This document shows, piece by piece, positions 34,786 to 43,944 of a stretch of 64,000 nt of DNA (position 1 is the stretch's first letter; each line of letters starts with the position of its first letter). The stretch is taken from the NCBI GenBank assembly GCA_011523505.1, contig WTGP01000012.1, forward strand, positions 83,038 through 147,037, read 5' to 3'. The notes under the pieces are model-generated. The model saw nothing but the letters and a program-made list of their open reading frames with translations, did no database searches and was not told the DNA's origin. The DNA comes from Gammaproteobacteria bacterium. GTDB taxonomy: Bacteria > Pseudomonadota > Gammaproteobacteria > Steroidobacterales > Foliamicaceae. Both the position numbers and the translations under genes were made by a program.

Positions 34786-36096
34786 ATGCTCCAGGCCGAA
34801 GACTTCGCCCGCCGGCGCCGCGCCCTTCTCGGCGCGCTCGGTCCGGGCTGCGCGGCCATCGTTCCCGCGAGCCCGGTGAGGGTCCGCAGCCGCGACGTCG
34901 ATTACCCGTATCGCCCGGACACCAACCTGCTCTACCTGACCGGTTTCCGCGAGCCGGAGGCGGTGGCCGTGCTCGTGCCCGGCCGCGCCAAAGGCGAGTT
35001 CGTGCTGTTCTGCCGCGACCGCGATCCCCAGCGCGAACTCTGGGACGGCAAACGCGCCGGCCCCGACGGAGCGAAGGAACAATTCGGCGCGGATTCCGCC
35101 TATCCCATCGGCGCGCTGGACGAGGTCATGCCCAAGTTGCTCAAGGGCTGCGACACGGTGCACTACGACCTCGGCAGCAACCCGGATTTCGAGGCGCGGC
35201 TGGGCGGATGGCTGAAGAAAATGCGCGACGGGTCCAGGGAGCGCAACAAGGCGCCGGTGCAGGTGGCCGCGCTGGACTTTTACCTGCATGAAATGCGCCT
35301 GTGCAAGCACGAAACGGAGTTGGACTGCATGCGCAGATCCGCGGCGGTGGCGGTGGACGCCCACAAGCGGGCGATGCGGCGCACGCGTCCGGACATGTAC
35401 GAGTACCAAGTGGAAGCGGAGATCGTCTATCGCTTCAACCGCAGCGGGGCGACCGAGTCGTATCCCTCGATCGTCGCTTCCGGCGCGAATGCCTGCATCC
35501 TGCATTACAACGAGAACGACTGCCGGATGCGCGACGGCGACCTGCTGCTGGTCGATGCGGGCTGCGAACTCGAAGGCTACGCGTCCGACATTACCCGGAC
35601 CTGGCCGGTCGGCGGCGCCTATTCCCCCGAGCAGCGCGCCGTCTACGAGATCGTGCTGGAGGCTCAGCGTGCGGCGATCGAAACGATGGAACCCGGCGTG
35701 GCCATCCTCGATCCGCACCATGCCGCCGTCGACGTGATCACGCGAGGGCTCAAGCGGATCGGACTGCTCGAGGGCAAGGTGTCCGACCTGGTGCGCGACG
35801 GGGCCTACCGCGAGTTCTTCATGCACCGCACCTCGCACTGGCTGGGGATGGACGTGCACGACGTCGGTGACTACGAGACCGACGGCGAACCGCGCAAGCT
35901 CGAACCCGGCATGTGCTGCACGGTCGAACCGGGCATCTATATCGCGGCGGAGAACCGCGACGTGCCCAAGGGGTTTCGCGGAATCGGGATTCGCATCGAG
36001 GACGACGTGGCGGTGACCGAGTCCGGGCACGAGGTGCTGACGGCCGCGCTGCCCAAGGACCCGGACGAAATCGAAGCGCTGGTCGGATCCGGCTGA
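34786..36096 (+). CDS. pepP: Xaa-Pro aminopeptidase (aminopeptidase P)
   Basis: 436-aa ORF with M24 metal-ligand blocks (DGDLLLVDAG, HRTSHWLGMDVHDVG, EPGIYI, GIRIEDDV). Confidence 0.85.
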   Translation: MLQAEDFARRRRALLGALGPGCAAIVPASPVRVRSRDVDYPYRPDTNLLYLTGFREPEAVAVLVPGRAKGEFVLFCRDRDPQRELWDGKRAGPDGAKEQFGADSAYPIGALDEVMPKLLKGCDTVHYDLGSNPDFEARLGGWLKKMRDGSRERNKAPVQVAALDFYLHEMRLCKHETELDCMRRSAAVAVDAHKRAMRRTRPDMYEYQVEAEIVYRFNRSGATESYPSIVASGANACILHYNENDCRMRDGDLLLVDAGCELEGYASDITRTWPVGGAYSPEQRAVYEIVLEAQRAAIETMEPGVAILDPHHAAVDVITRGLKRIGLLEGKVSDLVRDGAYREFFMHRTSHWLGMDVHDVGDYETDGEPRKLEPGMCCTVEPGIYIAAENRDVPKGFRGIGIRIEDDVAVTESGHEVLTAALPKDPDEIEALVGSG

Positions 36097-37304
36097 TGTA
36101 CGCGGTCCTGGTGGCCGGCGGCGGGCTGACGGGCGCCAGTCTCGCGGTGGCGCTGGCGGACCTCGGACTGAAGGTCGCCGTGGTCGAGGCCGTTCCGCCG
36201 GAGGACCCGGGGCAGCCCAGCCTCGACGACCGCACCAGCGCGATCGCCCGCACCGGCGTCCGGATCCTAGAGAACCTGGGCGTCTGGCCGCGGCTTGCCG
36301 AGACGCCGAGCCCGATCCGGGCGGTGGAGGTTTCCGAGCGCGGCTGCTTCGGAGGCGCCCGGATCGACGCCGAATCGCAGGGGCTGGACAGCCTGGGCAG
36401 CGTGGTCCGCAACCGGGTGCTGGGACGGGCGCTGTGGGACCGGCTGCGCGAGTCGGATTGCATCGACATTTTTTGCCCGGCCAGGGTGCGCTCGGTAGAG
36501 GTGGAGTCCGGCCGGGTGCGCGCAATCGTCAAGGCCGGTTCGGGGAAGCCGAAGACAGTCACGGCCCGTTTGCTGGCGGTGGCGGAAGGCGCGCGCTCGC
36601 CGTTGCGCGAACAGTTCGGAATTCAAGCGGAACACAAGGAATACCCACAGGTCGCGCTGACGGGCCTGGCCGAGGTCCGCAAGGTGGTCCGGCCGGACAC
36701 CGCCTGGGAGCGCTTTACCGCCGACGGCCCGCTGGCCCTGCTGCCCGCGGGCGGGCGCCGCTACGGTTTCGTGATCGTATCGAACCGCGGCGCGGAGAAG
36801 CTCGGGGAAATGAACGACGCGGACCTGCTTGCGCGTTTACAGGAACTCATGGGCTACCGAGCCGGGGAGTTCGTCGCGGTCGGGCCGCGCGCCGTCTATC
36901 CGCTGGCGCTGGACCGGGCCGAACGGGTCACGGCGCCCCGTTCGGTGCTGCTGGGCGCGGCGGCCAACAGCGTCCATCCGCTTGTGGCCCAGGGATTCAA
37001 CCTGGCGCTGCGCGACGTTGCGGCGTTGTCGGAAACGCTGGCCGCCGGCGGTCGCCCGCCGTCCGATCCCGGCGATCCGACCCTGCTGGCGCGCTATGCC
37101 TTGTGGCGGCGGCGCGACCAGGCCAACGTAGTGCGCTTTACCGACGGTCTTGCGCGGCTGAGCCGGACCTCCTGGCTGCGCCCCTTGCGCGGACTGGGCC
37201 TGCAGGCGTTCGACGTCCTGCCGCAGGCCAGGCCGCTGCTGGCGCGTTTCGCGCTGGGGCAGGGCGGGCGCATGTCGCGCCTGGCGCGCGGACTGCCGTT
37301 GTGA
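36096..37304 (+). CDS. ubiH: UbiH-type FAD-dependent ubiquinone biosynthesis hydroxylase
   Basis: ATG at 36096 overlaps the pepP TGA by 1 nt. FAD motif is VLVAGGGLTGASLAVALA. The pepP-ubiH-visC synteny is preserved. Confidence 0.75.
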   Translation: MYAVLVAGGGLTGASLAVALADLGLKVAVVEAVPPEDPGQPSLDDRTSAIARTGVRILENLGVWPRLAETPSPIRAVEVSERGCFGGARIDAESQGLDSLGSVVRNRVLGRALWDRLRESDCIDIFCPARVRSVEVESGRVRAIVKAGSGKPKTVTARLLAVAEGARSPLREQFGIQAEHKEYPQVALTGLAEVRKVVRPDTAWERFTADGPLALLPAGGRRYGFVIVSNRGAEKLGEMNDADLLARLQELMGYRAGEFVAVGPRAVYPLALDRAERVTAPRSVLLGAAANSVHPLVAQGFNLALRDVAALSETLAAGGRPPSDPGDPTLLARYALWRRRDQANVVRFTDGLARLSRTSWLRPLRGLGLQAFDVLPQARPLLARFALGQGGRMSRLARGLPL

Positions 37305-38458
37305 GTGCGCGCTTTCAGGCCGCGGTCGCCGGTGGCGGGACCGTGGGCCTGGCCTGCGCGCTGCTGCTTGACCGCCGCTGCGACTGGGACGTTGCCCTGG
37401 TCGAGCGTTCACCGCCCCGGGACGAGGAAGGCGAGGGACCGCAACGCGCGCTGACGCTCTCGCCCGGCGCCGTGGAAGTGCTTACGGAGTGCGGCCTGCC
37501 TTCGCGCCCGGGCCATGCGTTTTCCCGGATGGTGGTCTGGCGGGGAGAGGGCGGGCCCGCATCCGGAAACTCGATTACCTTCGATGCGGCCGAGCTGGGC
37601 GTCAAGGCGCTGGGCTGCGTGGCCCACCAGGCGCCGCTGCGGCGCGCGCTCTGGGACCTGGCGCAGGATTGCAGGGGGATTCGCGTTTACTCCGGCGCGG
37701 AGCTGGCGTCCGTGCGGATCGACGAGGATTGCGGACATCTCGATCTCGACAACGGCGATGAGATCGGCGCCGAACTCCTGATCGGCGCGGACGGAGCGCA
37801 ATCGAAGTTGCGTTCGGCGCTGGGAATCGAATTCCGTTCCATCGGCTATGGCCAGACCGGACTGGTGTTCGAGGCGGACTGCAGCGAGCCCGGCGGCGAC
37901 ACGGCCTGGCAAAGGTTTGCCGACGACGGCGTGCTGGCCCTGCTGCCCTTGAGCGAGACCCGGATGAGCATCGTCTGGAGCCTGCCTGACGAGCGGGCCG
38001 AACAGCTCAAGCGGCTCGACGACAAAGGTCTGGAGGCGGAGCTGAACGAGGCCGGCGCGGGGGTGGCGGGCAATCTCGTTGCCGCGACTCCGATTGCCTC
38101 GTTTCCCCTGCGCCGCGGTAAGGCGGAACAAGCCTGCGGGGAGCGCTACGCATTGGTGGGGGAAGCAGCGCGCACCGTGCATCCGCTCGCGGGCCAGGGG
38201 CTCAACCTGGGACTGGGCGACGCGGAGGCTCTGGTGCGCGTCTGCGCCGGCCAGGGCAATGCGCTGATCGGTGACGCCCGGGTGCTGGGCCGTTTCGCGC
38301 GCGAGAGGGCGCGTTACGGGGAGGAAATGTCATGGGGCATCCACGCGATCAACGCGGCCTTTGAGGGTGCGATGGCGCCGCTTGCGGCGCTGGGGATGGG
38401 CGCGGTGGATCGGGCGCCGCCACTGAAGCGCGCGCTGGCGGCGCGCGCGATGCGCTGA
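37301..38458 (+). CDS. UbiH/UbiF/VisC/COQ6-family hydroxylase (UbiI/VisC-like)
   Basis: GTG at 37301 forms GTGA with the ubiH stop. FAD motif is AVAGGGTVGLACALLL, followed by GEAARTVHPLAGQGLNLG. Confidence 0.75.
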   Translation: MSARFQAAVAGGGTVGLACALLLDRRCDWDVALVERSPPRDEEGEGPQRALTLSPGAVEVLTECGLPSRPGHAFSRMVVWRGEGGPASGNSITFDAAELGVKALGCVAHQAPLRRALWDLAQDCRGIRVYSGAELASVRIDEDCGHLDLDNGDEIGAELLIGADGAQSKLRSALGIEFRSIGYGQTGLVFEADCSEPGGDTAWQRFADDGVLALLPLSETRMSIVWSLPDERAEQLKRLDDKGLEAELNEAGAGVAGNLVAATPIASFPLRRGKAEQACGERYALVGEAARTVHPLAGQGLNLGLGDAEALVRVCAGQGNALIGDARVLGRFARERARYGEEMSWGIHAINAAFEGAMAPLAALGMGAVDRAPPLKRALAARAMR

Positions 38459-38523
38459 CGTTCCCCTGGAGTCGCAGCGGGAGCGTCCAGCCTTGCCCCT
38501 GCCCTCGCTCCCAGGTGACTTTC

Positions 38524-41325
38524 TCAGTTGCTTACGCTTGTGCGTTCCCACTCGCCGTCGGCGAGGCGCAGCCGCGAACTCGGCCAGTGGCCGGGGTCGA
38601 GCTTGACGGTGGCGACCTTGGTTGCGCCGGTGGGCGTTATGCCCTCGACGCGAATGATGGGCTTGTCTCCCGCCCGCTGAAGCGCGCCGGCGAACTCGCC
38701 CAGGCTGGCGACGGGGTGGCCGTCAAGCGCGGTGACCTGCAAGTAGCGGATCGGCAACAGATAACGGTGGGCCGGCGATCCGAAGGTGTAGTGCTGGATC
38801 GTGACGCCCTGCGGCCTGATCGCAAGCTGGGCCGCCATTCCGCGCTGCGGGTCCTGGATCAGCGCGCCGGCCCAGAACAGGACCTCCTGCAGGCCCTGCC
38901 AGCCCAGTTCCACCGTGTCGAAATCCAGTTTCAGCTCTTCGCCGTTGCGCCAGACCAGCAACTCGGCCCGCTGCGCGCCGGCGATCGCCTGCTCGACTTC
39001 CCGCGGCCGCGTGGCCATCCGGCCGTTGATGGTCAGCAACAGGTCTCCCGGTCGCACCTGGTCGGCGGCGGGCGTGCCGGCCACGGTTCGCTCCGCCATC
39101 AGCACCTGGCGGCGTTCCCGGTCGTGTTCTTCCACCTTCAGCCGCCAGTCCTCCGGCAGTCCGCGGCGCAAGGCCACCGACAGCGGCGCGCGTTGCCACT
39201 CCACCTCCAGCGAGCGCCAGGACGCCTCCCGCCGGAGGTGGTCGAGCATCACGCGGACATGTTCAATGGGTAAACCGGCGACGATTTCGTTGGGGCGGTT
39301 TCTCGATCCCGACGCGAAACTGCTCCACAGGGCCGCGACCCTGGCGCGGGAATCCAGCAGCACGCCGGAAATCTGCACGTCGGCGTTCTCCACTTCCAGT
39401 ATTTCGAGGTTGGCCTCGCGAAAGCCGCCGAAGTTCGACGGCATCAGGTTGACCGGCTTCAGATCGCCGGCTTCGTAGGACCGGATTACCGGCTCCAGGT
39501 CGGGGCGAAAGCCGGCCAGGAAGATATCCTCGCCGGCCCGGGGCGCCCGGGGAGCGAAGACGGCGGCCCGCAGGGGCGTGTCGCCCAGAAGCGCCGGGTC
39601 GTACTGAAGCACGGCGAGGTTGTGCACCGGGTGGATGGCGGCGACCCTGGCCGTGACCTCCAGCGTTCCGTTGAAGGTCAGCACAGCGTCGCCCATGGTC
39701 TCGGGCACGGTATTGCGGTCCACGACGACCCAGCCCCGCTCGGTGTCCACGATCAGCCCGGCGCCGTAGTAGTGCTGTCCGTTGACCGCGGACACCACGT
39801 ACGGCATGTCGAAGCGCACGTGCACCAGCGAAGGCGCGATCCGGCGCAGCCTCGAATCGTCGAACTCGCGTGGCTGGGTCATTCGCGGCTCGGGCGCCCC
39901 GGCCTGCGGGGCGGACTTCAGCGGCCGGCAAGACCAGTCCTGGCTGGACTCGCCCTGCCGGCAGCGTTCGGCCGAAAACCAGCCCCGGCCGGTGCGGGCG
40001 CTGCGTAACTGGTTGGCCCGCGGATTGCGCGGCGTGCTGTAGCGGACCTGGGCCACGTCTTCGTGTCCCAGCGCCGACAGGGCCTGCTCGACGTCGTCCA
40101 GCGTCTCCAGCGGCCGTCCGTTGATTTCACGCAGGATCGATCCGTTCTCGATCGAGGCCAGGCCCAGCATGTAGCCGGGTTGCGCCACATAGATGGTGTT
40201 CAGCGGCACGTTGAAATGGCGGGCCTGCTGATACGAGGTCGGGTGCAGAAAGGACCCGCCGAAAGCGATGTACTCGCGCGGGGTGACCGCATGCAGGTCG
40301 CTGACTTCGATGACCGCGTCCATGATCCGGCCGCGGCGTTCGATCAGCAGCTTCACCGGCTGGCCGACGCTCTTGTCGAGCATGGCTTCCAGGCGCAGGA
40401 AGTCGGGGAACTCCTCGTCTTCGATCCGCAGCAGGATGTCGCCCGGCGTCAATGCGGATGAAGCCGCGGACCCCTGCAAGGTCGAGCGCACGACCAGCAG
40501 CCCCGCGCTGTCCGGAAAGGCCGCCCTGGCGTCGGCCTCGGCTTCCTCTCCCAGGCCCAGCCGCCGCAGTTCGTCGTACGGCAACTGCTCGAAGGTGGTC
40601 AGCAGGCCGCCGCGCGGCACCGGCTTGCCTCCCTGTACCAGCGCCAGCGCCCTGCGGACCCGTTCCAGCGGCAGGAAATAGCTGGTTTGCGCGCGCACCT
40701 GGCCGCCCGCGTTCAGGGCCACCGCGCGTCCCTCGATGTCGATGACCGGGCTGCCCGAAGAGCCGCCCGAGGTGCCGGAAGCCGCCTGTATGTAGAAGGT
40801 GTTGAAATCGTTGTAGCGGCCGAAACCGTAGTTGGGCGCGGCCCGGTCCAGCCGCGCGATGGTTCCGGCAAGAATCGAGAACCGTTCGCCCGCGTCGTTC
40901 CCCACCACCCGGATTTCGCGCCCGAGCTGCGCCGCTTCGGGGGCCAGTTCGAGACCCTGGGGGCGGATGTGGCGCAGCGCGGCCGGATCGTAGCGGAAGA
41001 AGCCGAAATCGTGTACCGGATCGGCGTAGAGCCGATCGAGTTCGATCTCCTCCTGGTTGGCGAACAGCGCCTCGCCCTTCACCGGGCCGGTCGATACGAT
41101 ATGCCGGTTGGTCAGGATGATCCCGCGCTGCGCGTCCACCACGAAGCCGGTCCCGTCGAGCAGCGTGTTGGACTCGGTGTCGAAGGGCCGTGTCTTGTTG
41201 ACCCTCAGCGAAACGACCGAGGGGCGGATCTCCTCCAGGGTCTCCCGCCAGGCGGCCTCGTTATCCTGCGCCTGCGCGCTCAGGCCCAGCAGCGTCATTC
41301 CCGCTGCCGCCCAGATCAATCTCAT
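38524..41325 (-). CDS. large secreted trypsin-like (S1C, HtrA/Nma111-like) serine protease with PDZ-like regions
   Basis: Signal peptide is MRLIWAAAGMTLLGLSAQA. The catalytic-Ser block is ASGTSGGSSGSPVI, and there is a second degenerate protease-like half. The start is uncertain (41370, 41325 or 41298), and every option overlaps the upstream PfkB gene. Confidence 0.75.
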   Translation of the reverse strand: MRLIWAAAGMTLLGLSAQAQDNEAAWRETLEEIRPSVVSLRVNKTRPFDTESNTLLDGTGFVVDAQRGIILTNRHIVSTGPVKGEALFANQEEIELDRLYADPVHDFGFFRYDPAALRHIRPQGLELAPEAAQLGREIRVVGNDAGERFSILAGTIARLDRAAPNYGFGRYNDFNTFYIQAASGTSGGSSGSPVIDIEGRAVALNAGGQVRAQTSYFLPLERVRRALALVQGGKPVPRGGLLTTFEQLPYDELRRLGLGEEAEADARAAFPDSAGLLVVRSTLQGSAASSALTPGDILLRIEDEEFPDFLRLEAMLDKSVGQPVKLLIERRGRIMDAVIEVSDLHAVTPREYIAFGGSFLHPTSYQQARHFNVPLNTIYVAQPGYMLGLASIENGSILREINGRPLETLDDVEQALSALGHEDVAQVRYSTPRNPRANQLRSARTGRGWFSAERCRQGESSQDWSCRPLKSAPQAGAPEPRMTQPREFDDSRLRRIAPSLVHVRFDMPYVVSAVNGQHYYGAGLIVDTERGWVVVDRNTVPETMGDAVLTFNGTLEVTARVAAIHPVHNLAVLQYDPALLGDTPLRAAVFAPRAPRAGEDIFLAGFRPDLEPVIRSYEAGDLKPVNLMPSNFGGFREANLEILEVENADVQISGVLLDSRARVAALWSSFASGSRNRPNEIVAGLPIEHVRVMLDHLRREASWRSLEVEWQRAPLSVALRRGLPEDWRLKVEEHDRERRQVLMAERTVAGTPAADQVRPGDLLLTINGRMATRPREVEQAIAGAQRAELLVWRNGEELKLDFDTVELGWQGLQEVLFWAGALIQDPQRGMAAQLAIRPQGVTIQHYTFGSPAHRYLLPIRYLQVTALDGHPVASLGEFAGALQRAGDKPIIRVEGITPTGATKVATVKLDPGHWPSSRLRLADGEWERTSVSN

Positions 41326-42259
41326 AGCCGTAGTTCTCCTTGAATTCACGCTCAAGCCGCTCCCGATCAAACCGATGGTTCTGCGTTCCCGCGCTGCCCG
41401 CCTTGATGGCGCCCAGCAGCGCCGCCAGCCGTCCCGAATCTTTCCAGTCCCATCCTCTCACGATACCGTAAGCCAGGCCCGCCCGGAAGGCGTCGCCGCA
41501 ACCGGTCGGGTCCACGACTTCTTCGGCACGCGCCGGCGGAATGGTTTCGCATTGTCCCGCCCGGTAGATCTTTGCCCCCTGCGCGCCTTCCGTCACGATC
41601 AGCGCGCCGGTCTCGGCGCAGATCCGCTCCCGGTTCCAGCCCGTGGCGCGTTTCAGCATTTCCGCCTCGTAACTGTTGACCGCGACCCAGCCGGCCATGC
41701 GGACGAACTCGCGCAGTTCCTTGCCGCTGAAGTTCGGAAGCCCCTGGCCCGGATCGAACAGGAACGGCAGGCCGGCCTCGTGCATCTGCCGGGCGTGGTC
41801 GAGCATGGCCTGGCGGCCGTCCGGCGAAATGAGCCCCATTTGCGCGCCCGTTTCCGCCGGCAGCTCCCGGCAGTGCGCGTGGTTCATGGCGCCCGGGTGG
41901 AAGGCGGTGATCTGGTTGTCGTCCAGGTCGGTGATGATGTAGGCCTGCGCGGTGAGCTGGTCGGGCAGTTCGCTGATCAGCGCCGTGTCCATTCCCAGTT
42001 GCTCGATGCGCAGGCGGTACGGGGCGAAATCGCTGCCCGCGGCGGCCAGCATGAGCGGCCTGTCGCCGAGCAGCGCCAGGTTGTAGGCGATGTTTCCGGC
42101 GCAGCCGCCGAATTCGCGCCGGAACTCGGGAACTTCGAAGGCCACGTTGAGGATATGGACCTTGTCGGGCAGGATGTGCTCGCCGAAGCGCCCGCGAAAC
42201 AGCATGATGTTGTCGTACGCAAGCGAGCCGCATACGACGGTGGTGCGGGCTCCGGACAT
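41261..42259 (-). CDS. PfkB-family carbohydrate/nucleoside kinase (adenosine-kinase-like)
   Basis: 332-aa ORF with FGGCAGNIAYNLALLG and DPTGCGDAFRAGLAYG. Confidence 0.8.
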   Translation of the reverse strand: MSGARTTVVCGSLAYDNIMLFRGRFGEHILPDKVHILNVAFEVPEFRREFGGCAGNIAYNLALLGDRPLMLAAAGSDFAPYRLRIEQLGMDTALISELPDQLTAQAYIITDLDDNQITAFHPGAMNHAHCRELPAETGAQMGLISPDGRQAMLDHARQMHEAGLPFLFDPGQGLPNFSGKELREFVRMAGWVAVNSYEAEMLKRATGWNRERICAETGALIVTEGAQGAKIYRAGQCETIPPARAEEVVDPTGCGDAFRAGLAYGIVRGWDWKDSGRLAALLGAIKAGSAGTQNHRFDRERLEREFKENYGYEIDLGGSGNDAAGPERAGAG

Positions 42260-42301
42260 GGGACCGGCAGCCTCGTCAGTCGAATCGCCGCTTCGCCGGC
42301 G

Positions 42302-43099
42302 TCAGGATGCGCTCAACGACGCGAATTCCGCGGCAAAATCCGCTTGCGGCTCCCCGTCCTCGGCGTGAATCTCGAACACCTTGTTGAGCGCCGCCTCGTG
42401 CGCCAGCGCCGAGACGCAGACCCGCGCCACGTCGGCGCGCGTGATCCAGATGCCCTCCGATTGGGTATCGCCCTGCTCGAAGATGATGGTCTGGTTTCGG
42501 CCTGGATCGTCGCTCAGTCCCCCCGGACGGACGATCGTGTAGGGGACGCCGCTGGCCGCCACCGCTTCCTCGCCCCTGCGCTTCCAGATCAGGATGTTGT
42601 TGAACATGCGGTTCAGGTAGTGATCGTCGTCGGTCACGCCCCGCGAGGAAACCAGCACGTACTGGCCGACTCCCGCCGCGAGCGCCGCTTCGGCCAGGTT
42701 GCGGGCGCCCTCGAAATCGACCTTCTCGGCGCTGTTCTCGGGCCCTCCGCTTGCGCTGGCGCTGGCCGTGTTGATCACCGCCCCGACACCATCCAGCGCG
42801 GGGGCGATGCTGGCCGGGTCCTTGAGATCGCCCACCACCGCTTCCACGTCCGCACCCAGGCGGTCGATGGCCTTGGCCGTGTCGCGCACGAAGGCGCGAA
42901 CCGGGTAGCCCTGGTTCATGAGTTCCGCGACGACCAGTGAACCGGTCCCGCCGGTGGCGCCTACCACCAGCACCAGGGGCTTCGATGGCTCCTGGTCCTG
43001 GGCCGCGGGTTCCTCGGCGGGCGCTTCGCCGCTCTGCCCGCAGGCGGCCGCGACCAGGGAAGCCGCCGCCAGAAAACCGATCAGTTTGAACGGGCGCAT
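42302..43099 (-). CDS. exported NAD(P)H-binding (NmrA/atypical SDR-like) protein, tandem copy 1
   Basis: 265-aa ORF with a lipoprotein-like N-terminus (SLVAAACGQ) and LVVGATGGTGSLVV. It is highly similar to the adjacent gene. Confidence 0.75.
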   Translation of the reverse strand: MRPFKLIGFLAAASLVAAACGQSGEAPAEEPAAQDQEPSKPLVLVVGATGGTGSLVVAELMNQGYPVRAFVRDTAKAIDRLGADVEAVVGDLKDPASIAPALDGVGAVINTASASASGGPENSAEKVDFEGARNLAEAALAAGVGQYVLVSSRGVTDDDHYLNRMFNNILIWKRRGEEAVAASGVPYTIVRPGGLSDDPGRNQTIIFEQGDTQSEGIWITRADVARVCVSALAHEAALNKVFEIHAEDGEPQADFAAEFASLSAS

Positions 43100-43101
43100 G
43101 G

Positions 43102-43893
43102 TCAGGATCCTCCAAGTGCCGCGAATTCGCCGGAAAAGCCGGTTTGCGGTTCGCCGTCGCGCGCGTAGATTTCAAACACCTTGTTGCGCGCTCCCTCGTC
43201 CTTGACCGCGGCGACGGTGACCCGCGCCACGTCGGCGCGGCTGATGGCCTTTTCCAGGCCCGGAAGGTCGCCCTGCTCGAAGATGACCGTCTGCTCGCTG
43301 CCGGGCCCGTCGTTCAGACCGCCCGGACGAATGATCGTGTAGGGGATGCCGCTGGCCGCGACCGCCTCCTCGCCCTTGCGCTTCCAGATCAGGATGTTGT
43401 TGAACAGGCGGTTCAACTGGTGGTCGTCCTGCGTCGCGCCCATCGATGAGATCAGGACATAGTGGCCTACGCCGGCCGCCGCCGCCGCGTCGGCCAGATT
43501 GCGGGCGCCCTTGAAATCGACGTGCTCCGGCATGTTGTCGTCCGGCGCGGGGACGCCGGAACCGGCCGCGTTGACGACCACGCCCACGCCGTCCAGCGTG
43601 GCCGCGATGCTGGCCGGGTCCCTCAAGTCGCCGACAACGGCTTCCACGTCCGCACCCAGGCGCTCGGCCGCCTTGGCCGCGTCGCGCACGAACGCGCGCA
43701 CCGGATAGCCCTTCGCCTTGAGTTGCGCGACCACCAGCGAGCCCGTCTTGCCCGTTGCTCCAGCTACCAGTACCAGCGGTTTCATGTCTTCCTCCGTTGC
43801 CGCTTCTTCGGCCTGAACCGGAGCCACCTGTCCGGATACGGCGATCAGCAGGGAGGCCGCAACGGCGGCAGGCAGCGATATGAATGTGCGCAT
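43102..43893 (-). CDS. exported NAD(P)H-binding (NmrA/atypical SDR-like) protein, tandem copy 2
   Basis: 263-aa ORF with a signal peptide and LVAGATGKTGSLVV. It is 2 nt from copy 1. Confidence 0.75.
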   Translation of the reverse strand: MRTFISLPAAVAASLLIAVSGQVAPVQAEEAATEEDMKPLVLVAGATGKTGSLVVAQLKAKGYPVRAFVRDAAKAAERLGADVEAVVGDLRDPASIAATLDGVGVVVNAAGSGVPAPDDNMPEHVDFKGARNLADAAAAAGVGHYVLISSMGATQDDHQLNRLFNNILIWKRKGEEAVAASGIPYTIIRPGGLNDGPGSEQTVIFEQGDLPGLEKAISRADVARVTVAAVKDEGARNKVFEIYARDGEPQTGFSGEFAALGGS

Positions 43894-43944
43894 GGATGTG
43901 TCCCCTGAACGTTCAGGGCGCGTATCTTATCAATGCCGGGAACG

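Noticed and set aside
34639-36525. 628-aa minus-strand ORF
   Set aside because: It is antisense to pepP/ubiH and Pro/Arg/Gly-rich with no motifs, so it is a high-GC artefact.
41057-42940. 627-aa plus-strand ORF
   Set aside because: It is antisense to the PfkB kinase and SDR-like genes, with no motifs, so it is a high-GC artefact. The same reasoning applies to the many other 100-400-aa alternative-frame ORFs between 28.5 and 64 kb.
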